DNA of 64,000 nucleotides, from positions 8,448 through 72,447 of IMG/VR virus record IMGVR_UViG_3300033120_000337. One strand, given 5' to 3'. The position numbers were made by a program, and so were the translations under genes. The stretch comes from a virus (taxonomy: Duplodnaviria; Caudoviricetes). Shown here one piece after another: positions 33,521-43,865 of this stretch. The notes beneath the pieces were generated by a model. That model was not told where the DNA came from. It made no database searches and worked only from the letters and a program-made list of their open reading frames with translations. Every line of letters begins with the position of its first letter. Position 1 is the stretch's first letter.

Positions 33521-34485
33521 GTAAGAAAGAGCCTCCAGCCTCAGTTCTCTTGGTAGGTGGGTCGGATGAGTTCAATCGCCGAAGATTGATCTCCAAGATT
33601 GTCGCTACTCGCGTATCTGAGGGTTGGGGTGTCACCCCTGTCGACGGGAGTTCACCCAGTCCTTTGGATTCTGTGTTTTCGATGACGATGATGTTTGGGA
33701 CACCAACACTTTGTGTCATCTCAAACCCAGAGAAGCTGCTCCCAGAATTGATCTCTGAGCAACTGAGTTCTCCTGACCCTAACATCAGCTTCCTTCTGGT
33801 TACGGACAAGGACAAACTTTCTGGTCCTGTGTTTGACCTGGTTCCCAAGAAGAACCTCAAGGTTTTCACCCTCCCTCCATTTTACAAGTTGGATGAGCAC
33901 GCCTCAGACTTTGTTGTTTCGGAGGTTCAAAGCAAAGGGAATTCCATAGCCTCAAGTTTGGCATTTTCTCTGGTTCGCAAGGTTGGCGCGGACAAAGGTG
34001 TTCTTTCCTTTGAAGTTCAGAAGGCCTGCATGTTGGCAGGTCCTGGTGCTGAGATTACTGCGAACCATCTCCGAGAGACTCTAGCTGCTCTTGCAGAGTC
34101 CGATGGGTCCGTGCTTCTGGAGGCTCTGGGTACCCGAAACGCAAAGAAGTTGGCTTTGGAGTTCATCAAGTACAAAGCATCAAGGGGTGGAGATCCAACC
34201 ATCGAGTTGTGTGGGCGTGTTCTCACACCAGCGTTGACACGATGGATTCAGGCTGCTCACCTCTCGGGTATTGGGATGTCTTCAGCAGCTGCTGCTGGAG
34301 CTGTTGGCGCGAACCCATGGTATTGGGAAAACAAGATCCTCCCCTTTGCTCTACAGTGGGGAGTTGCAGGATGCGCTCGTATGATCCGTATAGTGGCTCA
34401 GTCTCAGACCCTTGTTTTCAGAGGTTCTGTGTCACCGTTTTCATACTTGGAAGCGTCACTTTTGGATCTCCTGAAAGATACTTGA
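33517..34485 (+). CDS. clamp-loader delta-like subunit (HolA-like)
   Basis: VLLVGGSDEF and LVRKVGADKGVLSFEVQKACML..EIT pattern. Confidence 0.7.
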   Translation: MSKKEPPASVLLVGGSDEFNRRRLISKIVATRVSEGWGVTPVDGSSPSPLDSVFSMTMMFGTPTLCVISNPEKLLPELISEQLSSPDPNISFLLVTDKDKLSGPVFDLVPKKNLKVFTLPPFYKLDEHASDFVVSEVQSKGNSIASSLAFSLVRKVGADKGVLSFEVQKACMLAGPGAEITANHLRETLAALAESDGSVLLEALGTRNAKKLALEFIKYKASRGGDPTIELCGRVLTPALTRWIQAAHLSGIGMSSAAAAGAVGANPWYWENKILPFALQWGVAGCARMIRIVAQSQTLVFRGSVSPFSYLEASLLDLLKDT

Positions 34486-34627
34486 TGGGCGCTCTTTCCC
34501 TTGGCTATAAGCTTTCAGACCTGTTGAACATGTGGGCGGGCACCCATTGATTTTTGTGTGGGCCAGATTCCAAACACGAATCTGTGCTGTGAACTAGTCT
34601 CATCAACTGAACAAAAGCGAGTCTCGT

Positions 34628-37114
34628 ATGCTAGAAGAGTTTTCCCCATCAATTGGTACAGAGGCCCAAAAGGGCATGCAAGTGACGAAACGGGATGGCA
34701 GCCATGAGGCTGTGGACTTGAACAAGATTGTTCGAGCCATCCAACGTTCTGGGTCTGGGGAGGGTTTGACACGAGTGGATACAATGCGTGTGGCCACACG
34801 TACTGTGAGCGGGCTCTACGACGGGGCGTCCACACTTGAGTTGGACCAACTGTCCATCCAGACTTCCGCTTCTCTCGTCACTGAGGAGCCAGAGTACGGA
34901 CGTCTTGCAGCCCGGTTGCTCAGCACATTCATCGACAAGGAAGTCCGAAATCAGGACATCCAGTCTTTCTCCCAGTCAATCAAGACAGGTGTTGCAGAAG
35001 GACTCGTTGGGGAACGTCTTGCCAAGTTTGTTGGGAAGAACATCCGCAAGCTGAACGCGGTCATTGATCAAGACCGAAACCAACTCTTCGAGTATTTCGG
35101 GCTCAAGACTCTGTACGATCGATACCTACTGAGGCATCCCAAAACACGTCAGGTGATTGAGACCCCTCAACAGTTCTTCCTACGCATTGCCTGTGCTTTG
35201 TCTGAGGACAAGGTTGCCAACGCAGTCGAGTTGTACAACCTCTTCTCGAACCTGGACTACATCCCAAGTTCACCCACCCTGTTCAATGCTGGGACGGCTC
35301 ACGAGCAACTCTCAAGCTGTTTCTTGCTCGACTCACCACAAGATGACCTCAAGGACATCTACAAGCGCTATTCGGACATCGCTCTTTTGAGCAAGTTCTC
35401 TGGTGGAATTGGCGTTGCGTACCATCGAGTTCGCTCACGAGGTTCGTTGATCAAGGGCACAAATGGCCAGTCCTCGGGCATCGTGCCCTGGTTGAAGACC
35501 CTTGATTCGTCAGTTCTCTCTGTGAACCAGGGTGGTAAGCGCAAGGGTGCAGCCTGTGTCTACTTGGAGACTTGGCACGCAGACATTGAGGAGTTCCTTG
35601 AACTTAGGGACAACACAGGCGATGAGGCACGCCGTACACACAACCTCAATCTTGCAAACTGGGTCTCTGACCTCTTCATGAAGCGAGTTGAGGCGAAGGG
35701 GGATTGGTCTCTTTTTGACCCAAAGGTTGTCCCTCATCTCACGGACCTCTATGGGGATGAGTTCGAGGCAGCATACATCAAGGCAGAGCAAGACGGACTT
35801 GCTGTCCGTGTCGTCAAGGCTCAGGACCTGTATGGGAAGATGATTCGCACGCTTTCCCAGACCGGCAACGGTTGGATGACCTTCAAGGACAAGAGCAACC
35901 GCGCTTGTAACCAGACTGGTAAGGCAGGCAATGTCGTGCATCTCTCGAATCTGTGCACAGAGATTCTGGAGGTCACTTCAGTTGATGAGGTCGCAATCTG
36001 CAATCTTGGCTCGATCAACTTGAGCCGACATGTTCTTCCCTTGGGTCCAACCCCTGAGGGAGATGATGTTCTGCGTTGCTTTGACTGGGCTCGTCTTAGG
36101 ACAACAGTCCAGGCAGCGATTCGTCAATTGGACCGAGTCATCGACATCAACTTGTACCAGATTCCAGAGGCCTCAAGATCCAACTCTCGTTGGCGTCCTG
36201 TAGGTCTTGGTCTGATGGGACTTCAAGATGTGTTCTTCCAGTTGCGTCTTCCATTTGACAGTGCAGAGGCACGAGTTCTCTCCCAGAGGATTTCTGAGGA
36301 GATTTACTACCATGCCTTGACCACTTCTACGTATCTGGCTGAGGAGAAGGGCGCACACCCGGCATTCTCGGAGACTCGTGCAGCCAAGGGAGAGCTTCAG
36401 TTTGATGCTTGGGGAGTCACCCCTAATGCATCAGGTCCTGGGGAGGTCAGTGATACGAATCGTTGGGATGAGCTTCGGGCTCGTATCCAGAAGACTGGAC
36501 TTCGGAACTCACTCATGGTGGCTATCGCTCCAACAGCTACCATTGCTTCCATTGTTGGATGCTATGAGTGCATTGAGCCTCAGGTCTCAAACCTTTTCAA
36601 GCGCGAGACCATGTCTGGAGATTTCCTTCAGATCAACAAATACCTCGTTGATGAGCTTCAGTCCCGAGGGTTGTGGACGGATTCCGTACGTGCTCAGATC
36701 AAGAGTGCCGAGGGTTCTGTGCAGGATGTCGTCGGTCTCCCAGATGACCTGAAGGTTGTGTTCCGAACGGCATGGGAAGTACCAATGAAGTCTCTCATCG
36801 ACATGGCAGCGGATCGAGGGGCTTTCATTGATCAGAGTCAGTCTCTGAACCTTTTCATGGCATCTCCATCTATTGGTCCTGTGTCTTCAATGTACTTCTA
36901 TGCATGGAAGAAGGGCCTGAAGACGACGTACTACCTTCGTTCTAGGCCTGCTACACGCATCGCTAAGACGGCATTTGAGGCTCATACTGAGAAGTCCGCT
37001 GTCTCTCCAATCCGAGTTGCTTCGTCAATGTTGAAGGCTGAAACTTCAGAGGATATTGCTTCCGCAGTGAGTTGTTCTCTGGAGAATCCTGAATCTTGCG
37101 AAGCCTGCCAGTAA
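34628..37114 (+). CDS. nrdA: ribonucleotide reductase class Ia alpha subunit with ATP cone
   Basis: VTKRDG ATP cone, PTLFNAG, SSCF, SNLCTEI, CNLGSIN, AIAPTAT, KTTYYLR and C-terminal CEACQ. Confidence 0.97.
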   Translation: MLEEFSPSIGTEAQKGMQVTKRDGSHEAVDLNKIVRAIQRSGSGEGLTRVDTMRVATRTVSGLYDGASTLELDQLSIQTSASLVTEEPEYGRLAARLLSTFIDKEVRNQDIQSFSQSIKTGVAEGLVGERLAKFVGKNIRKLNAVIDQDRNQLFEYFGLKTLYDRYLLRHPKTRQVIETPQQFFLRIACALSEDKVANAVELYNLFSNLDYIPSSPTLFNAGTAHEQLSSCFLLDSPQDDLKDIYKRYSDIALLSKFSGGIGVAYHRVRSRGSLIKGTNGQSSGIVPWLKTLDSSVLSVNQGGKRKGAACVYLETWHADIEEFLELRDNTGDEARRTHNLNLANWVSDLFMKRVEAKGDWSLFDPKVVPHLTDLYGDEFEAAYIKAEQDGLAVRVVKAQDLYGKMIRTLSQTGNGWMTFKDKSNRACNQTGKAGNVVHLSNLCTEILEVTSVDEVAICNLGSINLSRHVLPLGPTPEGDDVLRCFDWARLRTTVQAAIRQLDRVIDINLYQIPEASRSNSRWRPVGLGLMGLQDVFFQLRLPFDSAEARVLSQRISEEIYYHALTTSTYLAEEKGAHPAFSETRAAKGELQFDAWGVTPNASGPGEVSDTNRWDELRARIQKTGLRNSLMVAIAPTATIASIVGCYECIEPQVSNLFKRETMSGDFLQINKYLVDELQSRGLWTDSVRAQIKSAEGSVQDVVGLPDDLKVVFRTAWEVPMKSLIDMAADRGAFIDQSQSLNLFMASPSIGPVSSMYFYAWKKGLKTTYYLRSRPATRIAKTAFEAHTEKSAVSPIRVASSMLKAETSEDIASAVSCSLENPESCEACQ

Positions 37115-37186
37115 CCTCACGCAAAGCTCTGCGAGTCCTTCACCAAGGACTCGCATCTTTGTTTCCTCTTCTCTAAGGTGATACAC

Positions 37187-38185
37187 ATGCTGCTAGATCC
37201 TGGTCTTGATCTCACACTTCGTCCGATGCGTTACCCACAGTTCTATGAGATGTATCGCGATGCAATTCGCAATACGTGGACGGTGGAGGAAGTGGATTTC
37301 TCTACAGACACAAGCGATCTTCGTGAGAAGATGTCCGAGGCGGATACACACTTGATTCAGCGCTTGGTGGCGTTCTTTGCAACTGGCGATTCGATCGTCT
37401 CGAACAACCTCGTGCTCAATCTATACGAGCACATCAATGCGCCAGAAGCGCGCATGTATCTCTCGCGTCAGCTCTATGAGGAGGCACTTCATGTTCAGTT
37501 CTATCTGACGCTCCTCGATACCTACGTGCCTGACCCAGAAGAACGTGCGAAGGCATTTGCAGCCATCGACAACATCCCTTCCATCCGAAACAAGGCACGC
37601 TTCTGTATGAAGTGGCTTGACTCAGCACGTGAACTTGGTCCGCTTACGACAGTGGAGAAGCGCCGCAAGTTCTTGCTCAACCTCATCTGCTTTGCGGCAT
37701 GCATTGAGGGGCTCTTCTTCTTTGGCGCGTTTGCCTACGTTTACTTCCTTCGCTCACGTGGCCTTCTTCATGGTCTAGCAGGCGGGACGAACTGGGTCTT
37801 CCGCGATGAGAGCGCGCATATGTCGTTCGCGTTCGAGGTGGTGAACATCGTACGAAAAGAGGAGCCAGATCTCTTTGACGATGAGATGAAGCGTGATGTC
37901 ATTGCGATGCTTGAAGACGCTGTGCAGTGCGAAGTTCAGTTTGCTGAGGACCTTCTTCAGGGTGGGGTGGCCGGGATGTCTGTGCGTGATATGCGTACCT
38001 ACCTTGAGTTCATTGCCGACCAGCGTTTGCAGATGCTAGGCATCCCTGTTCGCTTTGGTTCGAAGAACCCATTTGCTTTCATGGAGCAGCAGGATGTACA
38101 AGAGCTTGCGAACTTCTTTGAGCGTCGTGTCTCCGCCTACCAGATCGGTGTGACGGGCGAAGTGAGCCTGGACTCTTCTTTCTAG
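37187..38185 (+). CDS. nrdB: ribonucleotide reductase class I beta subunit
   Basis: WTVEEVDF, FFATGD, EEALHVQFY, EGLFFF, RDESAH and NFFE motifs. Confidence 0.97.
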   Translation: MLLDPGLDLTLRPMRYPQFYEMYRDAIRNTWTVEEVDFSTDTSDLREKMSEADTHLIQRLVAFFATGDSIVSNNLVLNLYEHINAPEARMYLSRQLYEEALHVQFYLTLLDTYVPDPEERAKAFAAIDNIPSIRNKARFCMKWLDSARELGPLTTVEKRRKFLLNLICFAACIEGLFFFGAFAYVYFLRSRGLLHGLAGGTNWVFRDESAHMSFAFEVVNIVRKEEPDLFDDEMKRDVIAMLEDAVQCEVQFAEDLLQGGVAGMSVRDMRTYLEFIADQRLQMLGIPVRFGSKNPFAFMEQQDVQELANFFERRVSAYQIGVTGEVSLDSSF

Positions 38186-38192
38186 GTTAGGG

Positions 38193-38669
38193 TTGAGCCA
38201 AAAGGGCGTAAGAGTCTGGGTGCCTACGTCTCAAATCCTCGATGCAGAAGGCCTAGTCTTTCAAGATGGGGCCTTCTTTTTTTTCGAAAAGGATGGCCAA
38301 GCCCAACCACTTGATTTTTCGATTTTCGAGGGTCAAGAAGTTCAGGCTTTGATTGCTCATGTTCCTTCTCAACAACAGAAGGACAGATGGGGCTTCGGTT
38401 CCTGTGCTTTTCAGACGGTAGGTTTCTGCCCCTTTGGTCATCACCTCAACCCGCATAAATTGTTCTCCATGTCCGGTTCAGGGACTCTCCAGAAGATTGG
38501 TGACTGGTGGGGGGTGTCGGGTCTGGATTTCCCTCCACGTGACACTCTTGTTGGACATCGATGTCGGGTCCTAATCGTTCCGCATGTGTTTCACGTGGAG
38601 GACAGTCAGGTATCTGATCAACTCTCCGAGTTGATCCTCACCCTCTCAAAACTGAAGAACTCCAGATGA
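38193..38669 (+). CDS. hypothetical protein
   Basis: 158 aa ORF between nrdB and the helicase gene. Confidence 0.55.
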   Translation: MSQKGVRVWVPTSQILDAEGLVFQDGAFFFFEKDGQAQPLDFSIFEGQEVQALIAHVPSQQQKDRWGFGSCAFQTVGFCPFGHHLNPHKLFSMSGSGTLQKIGDWWGVSGLDFPPRDTLVGHRCRVLIVPHVFHVEDSQVSDQLSELILTLSKLKNSR

Positions 38670-41047
38670 CGTATTTTTCGGGTCGTGTACACAGCATCCA
38701 TTTTGAAGACCCAAACAGAGCCTTCTACATTCTGCGTTTGGTTCTGGACACGGACCCAACTCCTATGGGTGTGGTCTCTGAAAGCACTGATGACTTCTTC
38801 AATAACGTAGGTGACTCAGGCTCTCCTGTTGCTGTTCAGGGGAACATTTCTGGGCTCACAATTTCCATTGGGACTTGGTTTGGTTTCGAGGGGGAGTGGA
38901 CCAACCATCCAAAGTACGGGATGCAGATTCGAATTCTACGTGCTCCAGTCATTCAAAAGGACTGGGATGCGGACACCTGTGAGAAAGTCCTACTCTCGAA
39001 GGGCGTTGGTCCTACCATCGTAACCAAACTTCGGACTGCATTTGGGGATGACCTGCCTACACACCTCTCGGATGTGAACAAGATCGCAGAGGTTCCAGGC
39101 ATGACCCAATTCACGGCACTCCATGTCGTGAGTTCCTGGAACTCTGCCCGTGCTCAGTTCCTCACTCTTGGGTACCTTTCAGATCTTGGTCTGCCCCAAG
39201 GCAAAATCCGTCAGGTGTACAAGACTTTTGGAGACACATCTCAAGAAGTGCTTTCCGTGAATCCTTGGGCTCTGATTCAGATTGAGGGGATCACGTTCCA
39301 TGAGGCTGATGCTGTCGCTCATCGTCTTCACCTGGACACTTCTGGGACGAACATGGCACGCCTTCGGGGTGCAGTCCTCCATGCTTGTAGATCGGGGCGA
39401 GGCTTTGGCCATATGTTCTCGTTTTCCCGCGACATACTGGGTGTGGTTCAAGCCATAGACCACACATTCCAGGAAGCCGATGTGGGACGCGCGATCAAGG
39501 AACTCTTCCAGGAGAAACTACTCGTTGTAGATCGGTCTGTTCAGGATGGTTCTATCGCCATCTACGACCCTTGGTCCCACAAAATCGAGCAAGAGTCTGC
39601 TGTGTTGCTGGCGAAAAGGACTCTGACAGCTCGGATGACTCCTGAGGTAGAGCGTGGTTTTGCACGTTCCTTGATTGGGGAGGGGGAGACAGCTTCGAGT
39701 CTTTCAGAAGCTGTAGATATCTCTCTTGATCGACTTAGGAATTCTGGCTCTATCTCCTTGTCCAAAGACCAAGCTCAAGGTGTCCGAAACGCACTCTGTG
39801 AGCCTGTGTCAGTGATTTCTGGTCTTCCGGGAACAGGCAAAACCACCTCTCTGCGAGTAGCAGTGAATCTTCTTCAAGAGGCTGGGATCCAGTTCCTCCT
39901 GGTTGCTCCAACAGGCATTGCTGCGAAACGGGTCACCAGTTTGACAGGTGCTCCGGCATCTACGATCCATCGAGCGTTCGGGTCCAAAGGCTCCACAGAG
40001 ACTCGTAGGGATTCCAACTACGTTGGGGTCGTGGGGGAAAGTGGAGATAGCCTAGGTGTGGATGGGTCTCAAGAGATTTGGGGGTTTTCTCCAGAGTCCC
40101 CCCATCCAGCTGAGGTCATCATTGTGGACGAATCCTCGATGGTGGATCAACACCTGACGTACAGAATCCTTTTGAGCACAAGGCAGGATGCGCGTCTTGT
40201 CTTTGTGGGTGACGCTGCACAGTTGCCTTCCGTAGGTCCTGGGAATGTTCTTCGAGATCTGATTGCTTCAGGCCTCTTCCCCACAGTGTCCTTGACAGAG
40301 ATCTTCAGGCAAAGTGACACCTCACCCATCGTGCATGCTGCACATGCAATCCATAGGGGGGATGTGCCTCTGGCTCCTGTGGGCTCAGACTTCTCTCTGT
40401 TGGAGGTGTCTGATGATGATGTTGTGGCTGACATCATCGTTTCTGCGGCAAAGAAACTGTTCCTTTCTCGGAAGAACTTCCAGGTACTGAGTCCACGTCA
40501 TGCTGGACCTATAGGGGTGACCACTCTGAACGCTAGACTCCGTGAGTTGATCAATCCAAAACAGGATTCACTCCGAGAGATGAAGGTAGGTTCTGAGATC
40601 ATCCGAGAGGAAGACCGAATCATGGTAGTCCGGAATGACTACAAACTTGACATCTTCAATGGCGACGTAGGTAAGGTCGTCACCATTGATAGGAAGCGTA
40701 AAGAGGTGGAGATCAAGGTCCACGGCCCACCCGCTATGCACGTCACCATTCCTTTGGACAAGGTTTCTGAACTGCTTCGCTTGGCCTACGCAGTTACGGT
40801 CCACAAGAGTCAAGGTCAGGAATACGACATCATCGTTTTGCCTGTGTCTCTTTCCTTCTCACATCAACTTCAGAGAAACCTGTTCTACACAGCTGTTACT
40901 CGTGCACGTAAGAAGGTTCTCCTTGTTGGAACTCGATCAGCCATGGTCAGAGCAGTAGCTAATGAGCGCGAGAGTGCTCGCAACACTCTCTTCAGGGAAC
41001 GTCTACTGCGTTCGTTTGAGGAACTAGAAAAACCCGCAGCAGCGTGA
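38666..41047 (+). CDS. recD2: RecD2-like SF1B helicase
   Basis: N-terminal OB/HhH region, GLPGTGKTT, APTGIAAKR, TIHR, IVDESSM, VGDAAQLPSVG, IFRQ and YAVTVHKSQGQE. Confidence 0.95.
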   Translation: MTYFSGRVHSIHFEDPNRAFYILRLVLDTDPTPMGVVSESTDDFFNNVGDSGSPVAVQGNISGLTISIGTWFGFEGEWTNHPKYGMQIRILRAPVIQKDWDADTCEKVLLSKGVGPTIVTKLRTAFGDDLPTHLSDVNKIAEVPGMTQFTALHVVSSWNSARAQFLTLGYLSDLGLPQGKIRQVYKTFGDTSQEVLSVNPWALIQIEGITFHEADAVAHRLHLDTSGTNMARLRGAVLHACRSGRGFGHMFSFSRDILGVVQAIDHTFQEADVGRAIKELFQEKLLVVDRSVQDGSIAIYDPWSHKIEQESAVLLAKRTLTARMTPEVERGFARSLIGEGETASSLSEAVDISLDRLRNSGSISLSKDQAQGVRNALCEPVSVISGLPGTGKTTSLRVAVNLLQEAGIQFLLVAPTGIAAKRVTSLTGAPASTIHRAFGSKGSTETRRDSNYVGVVGESGDSLGVDGSQEIWGFSPESPHPAEVIIVDESSMVDQHLTYRILLSTRQDARLVFVGDAAQLPSVGPGNVLRDLIASGLFPTVSLTEIFRQSDTSPIVHAAHAIHRGDVPLAPVGSDFSLLEVSDDDVVADIIVSAAKKLFLSRKNFQVLSPRHAGPIGVTTLNARLRELINPKQDSLREMKVGSEIIREEDRIMVVRNDYKLDIFNGDVGKVVTIDRKRKEVEIKVHGPPAMHVTIPLDKVSELLRLAYAVTVHKSQGQEYDIIVLPVSLSFSHQLQRNLFYTAVTRARKKVLLVGTRSAMVRAVANERESARNTLFRERLLRSFEELEKPAAA

Positions 41048-41053
41048 GGTTCT

Positions 41054-41404
41054 ATGAACAACGAAGAAATTCGAGAGTTGGTGAATCGAGTTCGTACAGG
41101 TTTACGTGTCACTCGTGTAGTTGCGACACGTACCGTTCGTGGGAAATTGGGGGACACACAAGCTGGATTCTCAGCGGAATCTTCTCTGCTTGACTCAGAA
41201 GGGTCTACAACCCCTATGACTCTTCAGGAGGCTATCGTGGCAAATTGCTTGTTGAGTCGAGAGGCTGACATCGCAGCGTTCAGGAATGCAGTCGCTGGCG
41301 GCAACATCTCTCCTGAGTATGGAAAAGACTCGATTGACGCCATCCGAGCAAACTACTCCAAGTTGCTCGTTCAGTCTCTACTTGAACTGGAGTCAACAAC
41401 ATGA
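41054..41404 (+). CDS. hypothetical protein
   Basis: SD GAGG; 116 aa. Confidence 0.65.
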   Translation: MNNEEIRELVNRVRTGLRVTRVVATRTVRGKLGDTQAGFSAESSLLDSEGSTTPMTLQEAIVANCLLSREADIAAFRNAVAGGNISPEYGKDSIDAIRANYSKLLVQSLLELESTT

Positions 41405-42216
41405 CTGAGGCACCTTCAGTAGATCCTATTCGCATTGAGGCGTTTTACCAAGCCTTGGGTGACATGCATGTTGACCTAGATGCTGACCCCCTGGCTCTGG
41501 GTCCCAAGAGGATCAACAACAAGACGGCGGAGTGTCGTACGTTCCTATCCAAGACAGAGCGTATGTTCCTGGAGGTTTCTCAAGACCTCTACTGGTACCG
41601 AAGAGAGCACCGAAAGGCTCTAGCTGACTTTGAGCTAGCCGTGCAGGACTTGATGTCCAATGACCCTGAGGTCCGTTCTGGTAGGTCTATTCAGGATCGT
41701 GAGGCTATTGCACACACAAAGCTTCGGTCTGATAGAGAGCGGATCAGTGTACTTCAATTCGCTTCGGAGGACTTGGAGGCTGTGCTCATTGTTGTGAAGA
41801 CCAAGAGGAACGACCTGAAGGACATCGCTTCCCGACTTCGAGATCAACTCAAGATCTGCCAAGAAGAGATTTCTTTGGGTGCTCGGTGGGGGGCGAACTC
41901 AAGGGCTAAGACCCCTAACCGAGGTCTAGCGGCTGAAGATTTTGTGGCCGATGGGGTGGAGGCAATGCTTGACCTGGCTTTGGTGGCCTTGCCTGAGCCA
42001 GATCCTGAGGGAACTTTGGAAGAGTCTGTGATCTCAACTTTCGAGGAGATAGAGAGCCTTCCCACAGAGCAAACTCTTGCTCCAAGTACAATCTCAGACT
42101 CAGATGCGGATAAGGCTTTGGAGTCTTTTTCAGGCCATTTGCCTCAGGAGGAGGAGGTTGTGCTTCCAACCCCCAAGGTTGATCAGAACTTAGACGAAAT
42201 TCTTGATCTGTTTTGA
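41401..42216 (+). CDS. coiled-coil protein with acidic tail (possible UvsY-like recombination mediator)
   Basis: Helical N-terminal half, acidic C-terminus ending LDEILDLF, context next to SSB and RecA. Function is weak inference. Confidence 0.45.
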   Translation: MTEAPSVDPIRIEAFYQALGDMHVDLDADPLALGPKRINNKTAECRTFLSKTERMFLEVSQDLYWYRREHRKALADFELAVQDLMSNDPEVRSGRSIQDREAIAHTKLRSDRERISVLQFASEDLEAVLIVVKTKRNDLKDIASRLRDQLKICQEEISLGARWGANSRAKTPNRGLAAEDFVADGVEAMLDLALVALPEPDPEGTLEESVISTFEEIESLPTEQTLAPSTISDSDADKALESFSGHLPQEEEVVLPTPKVDQNLDEILDLF

Positions 42217-42279
42217 GCTTTTGGGGTGTAAGAGATAGTACGAAGAGTCCTTACATCTCATGTAACGACCAATCTAAAA

Positions 42280-42306
42280 TGGATTTGCTGATCCAAACCC
42301 TCAGCC
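42280..42306 (+). promoter_or_regulatory. repeated pseudoknot motif, copy 6, 2 nt upstream of the SSB Shine-Dalgarno
   Basis: TGGAT-T-TGCTG-ATCCA-AACCCT-CAGCC, then GT-AGGAG (42309) and ATG 42321. Confidence 0.7.
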
Positions 42307-42320
42307 GTAGGAGATAGAAC

Positions 42321-43073
42321 ATGAGTGGCATGACAGAATTCACAATTGGCGAAGGCGATGATGGCATTGCCAATAAGAACAAGCGCTTCAAGTGTAAGGA
42401 GGGAGAGAAGTATCGAATCTCCTTTGCTTACTGGCCTGGCATGGCTGAAGGCACACCCACCCTGAGTGAGGAGTCTCAGGCTCCAAAGTTCGTAGCTTGC
42501 AAGCGTTTGTTCCTCCAGGGCGTTGGGTACTTCATGGACAAGGGTCCAGAGTTCGTGAAGATTGCTGGGGGAGCTGCTTCAAAGATGCAGATTGCCACAA
42601 TCATCATCAAGTGGCCTCTTGATCGTGATGGTCAGGTTGATGTTGGTGCGATCAAGGACAAGAAGTTCCAGGTTTTGCCATGGATTTTCTCAGCTGACAA
42701 GTACAAGGTGATTGAACAGAATCACCGTGAGTTCCCGCTCAACAAGCACGATTTGAATCTGGCTTGTACAGACACTCAGTACCAGAAGTTGACAATCTCT
42801 CCTTGTCGTGAGTCTCTCTTCAAGAAGCTCTACGATGCCAGAGATAAGGATCCGAGCATCACCAATGCTTTGATTGCTGCAACCCAAGAGGCAATCCGTG
42901 ATCTCCAAGGAGAGTTGGCACAGGATCTCACGATCGAACAGATTCGTGAGAAGCTCTCCAGAGCAAATGGCGGAGTTGGTGGCAACACTGGCGGTGGTGG
43001 TGGTGGTGGTTATGGCAACTCTGCTCACACCCCGAAAGAACTTGATTCTATCCTTGATGACATCCTCGGATGA
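42321..43073 (+). CDS. single-stranded DNA-binding protein (gp32-like)
   Basis: Aromatic-rich core, Gly linker and acidic tail ELDSILDDILG resembling the T4 gp32 tail; context among recombination genes. Confidence 0.6.
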   Translation: MSGMTEFTIGEGDDGIANKNKRFKCKEGEKYRISFAYWPGMAEGTPTLSEESQAPKFVACKRLFLQGVGYFMDKGPEFVKIAGGAASKMQIATIIIKWPLDRDGQVDVGAIKDKKFQVLPWIFSADKYKVIEQNHREFPLNKHDLNLACTDTQYQKLTISPCRESLFKKLYDARDKDPSITNALIAATQEAIRDLQGELAQDLTIEQIREKLSRANGGVGGNTGGGGGGGYGNSAHTPKELDSILDDILG

Positions 43074-43187
43074 AATCTTGAGTTCTCAGGTTCCATGATC
43101 CAACAGGTCGCGGGTGGCGTCCTACGAACCAACTCCACATGGGTTGGTTCGTAAAGTCTTCAACCACCCATTTTTTCTGGAGGTCTT

Positions 43188-43862
43188 GTGAGAGTTCTGG
43201 GTCTGGATCCGTCTCTCACTGCCTTTGGTTGGGCTCTTCATGACTCTTCTGAGTCTGGGTCAAAAGCATGCCCTAGACGTGGCCGTTTTGCGACAAAGTC
43301 GAGTATGACTTTCGTAGATCGCTACATCTTCATGCGAGAATCTCTTCGTAGTCTGATTCAGGATTTGAATCCGGACAAGGTTGGGATTGAGTCACCCATC
43401 TTCCACAACCTCTTCTCTGAGGGTATGTACGGTCTGTTCCTCTACTCGAATGAGGCTCTCCGTCTGGAGCAGAAGGATGTAGTGTACTTCGCACCTGAGC
43501 AAGGTAAGGCCCATGCTCGGGAGTTTCTCCGTCGTCCTAAGGGTTGGAAAATGCTCAAGGGGGATATGGTGGAAGCTGCTAAGTCTGCTACGGGTGGCAG
43601 GGGTTCCTGGAATCACAATGAGGCAGATGCATACTTGATTGGGCGTCTAGCCTATCGGTTCTGGGCATTCAAGTCTGGGGACATTTTAGAGAGCGATTTG
43701 ACTCCTGTAGAACGCACTCAGTTTCTTGCAGTGCATACGTTCCAGAGGGGCTCAAGAGCAGGTCAAGTAGTTCAAAAAGGGCTCATGTACCGTGAGGAAG
43801 ATCGTTTCTTTCTTTGGTCTCAGGTTGAGCCTCTTTCTTTTTCACACTCCGATGAAAGCTAG
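43188..43862 (+). CDS. RuvC-like Holliday junction resolvase
   Basis: VLGLDPSLTAFG, VGIESP and HNEADAY catalytic pattern. Confidence 0.85.
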   Translation: MRVLGLDPSLTAFGWALHDSSESGSKACPRRGRFATKSSMTFVDRYIFMRESLRSLIQDLNPDKVGIESPIFHNLFSEGMYGLFLYSNEALRLEQKDVVYFAPEQGKAHAREFLRRPKGWKMLKGDMVEAAKSATGGRGSWNHNEADAYLIGRLAYRFWAFKSGDILESDLTPVERTQFLAVHTFQRGSRAGQVVQKGLMYREEDRFFLWSQVEPLSFSHSDES

Positions 43863-43865
43863 ACA

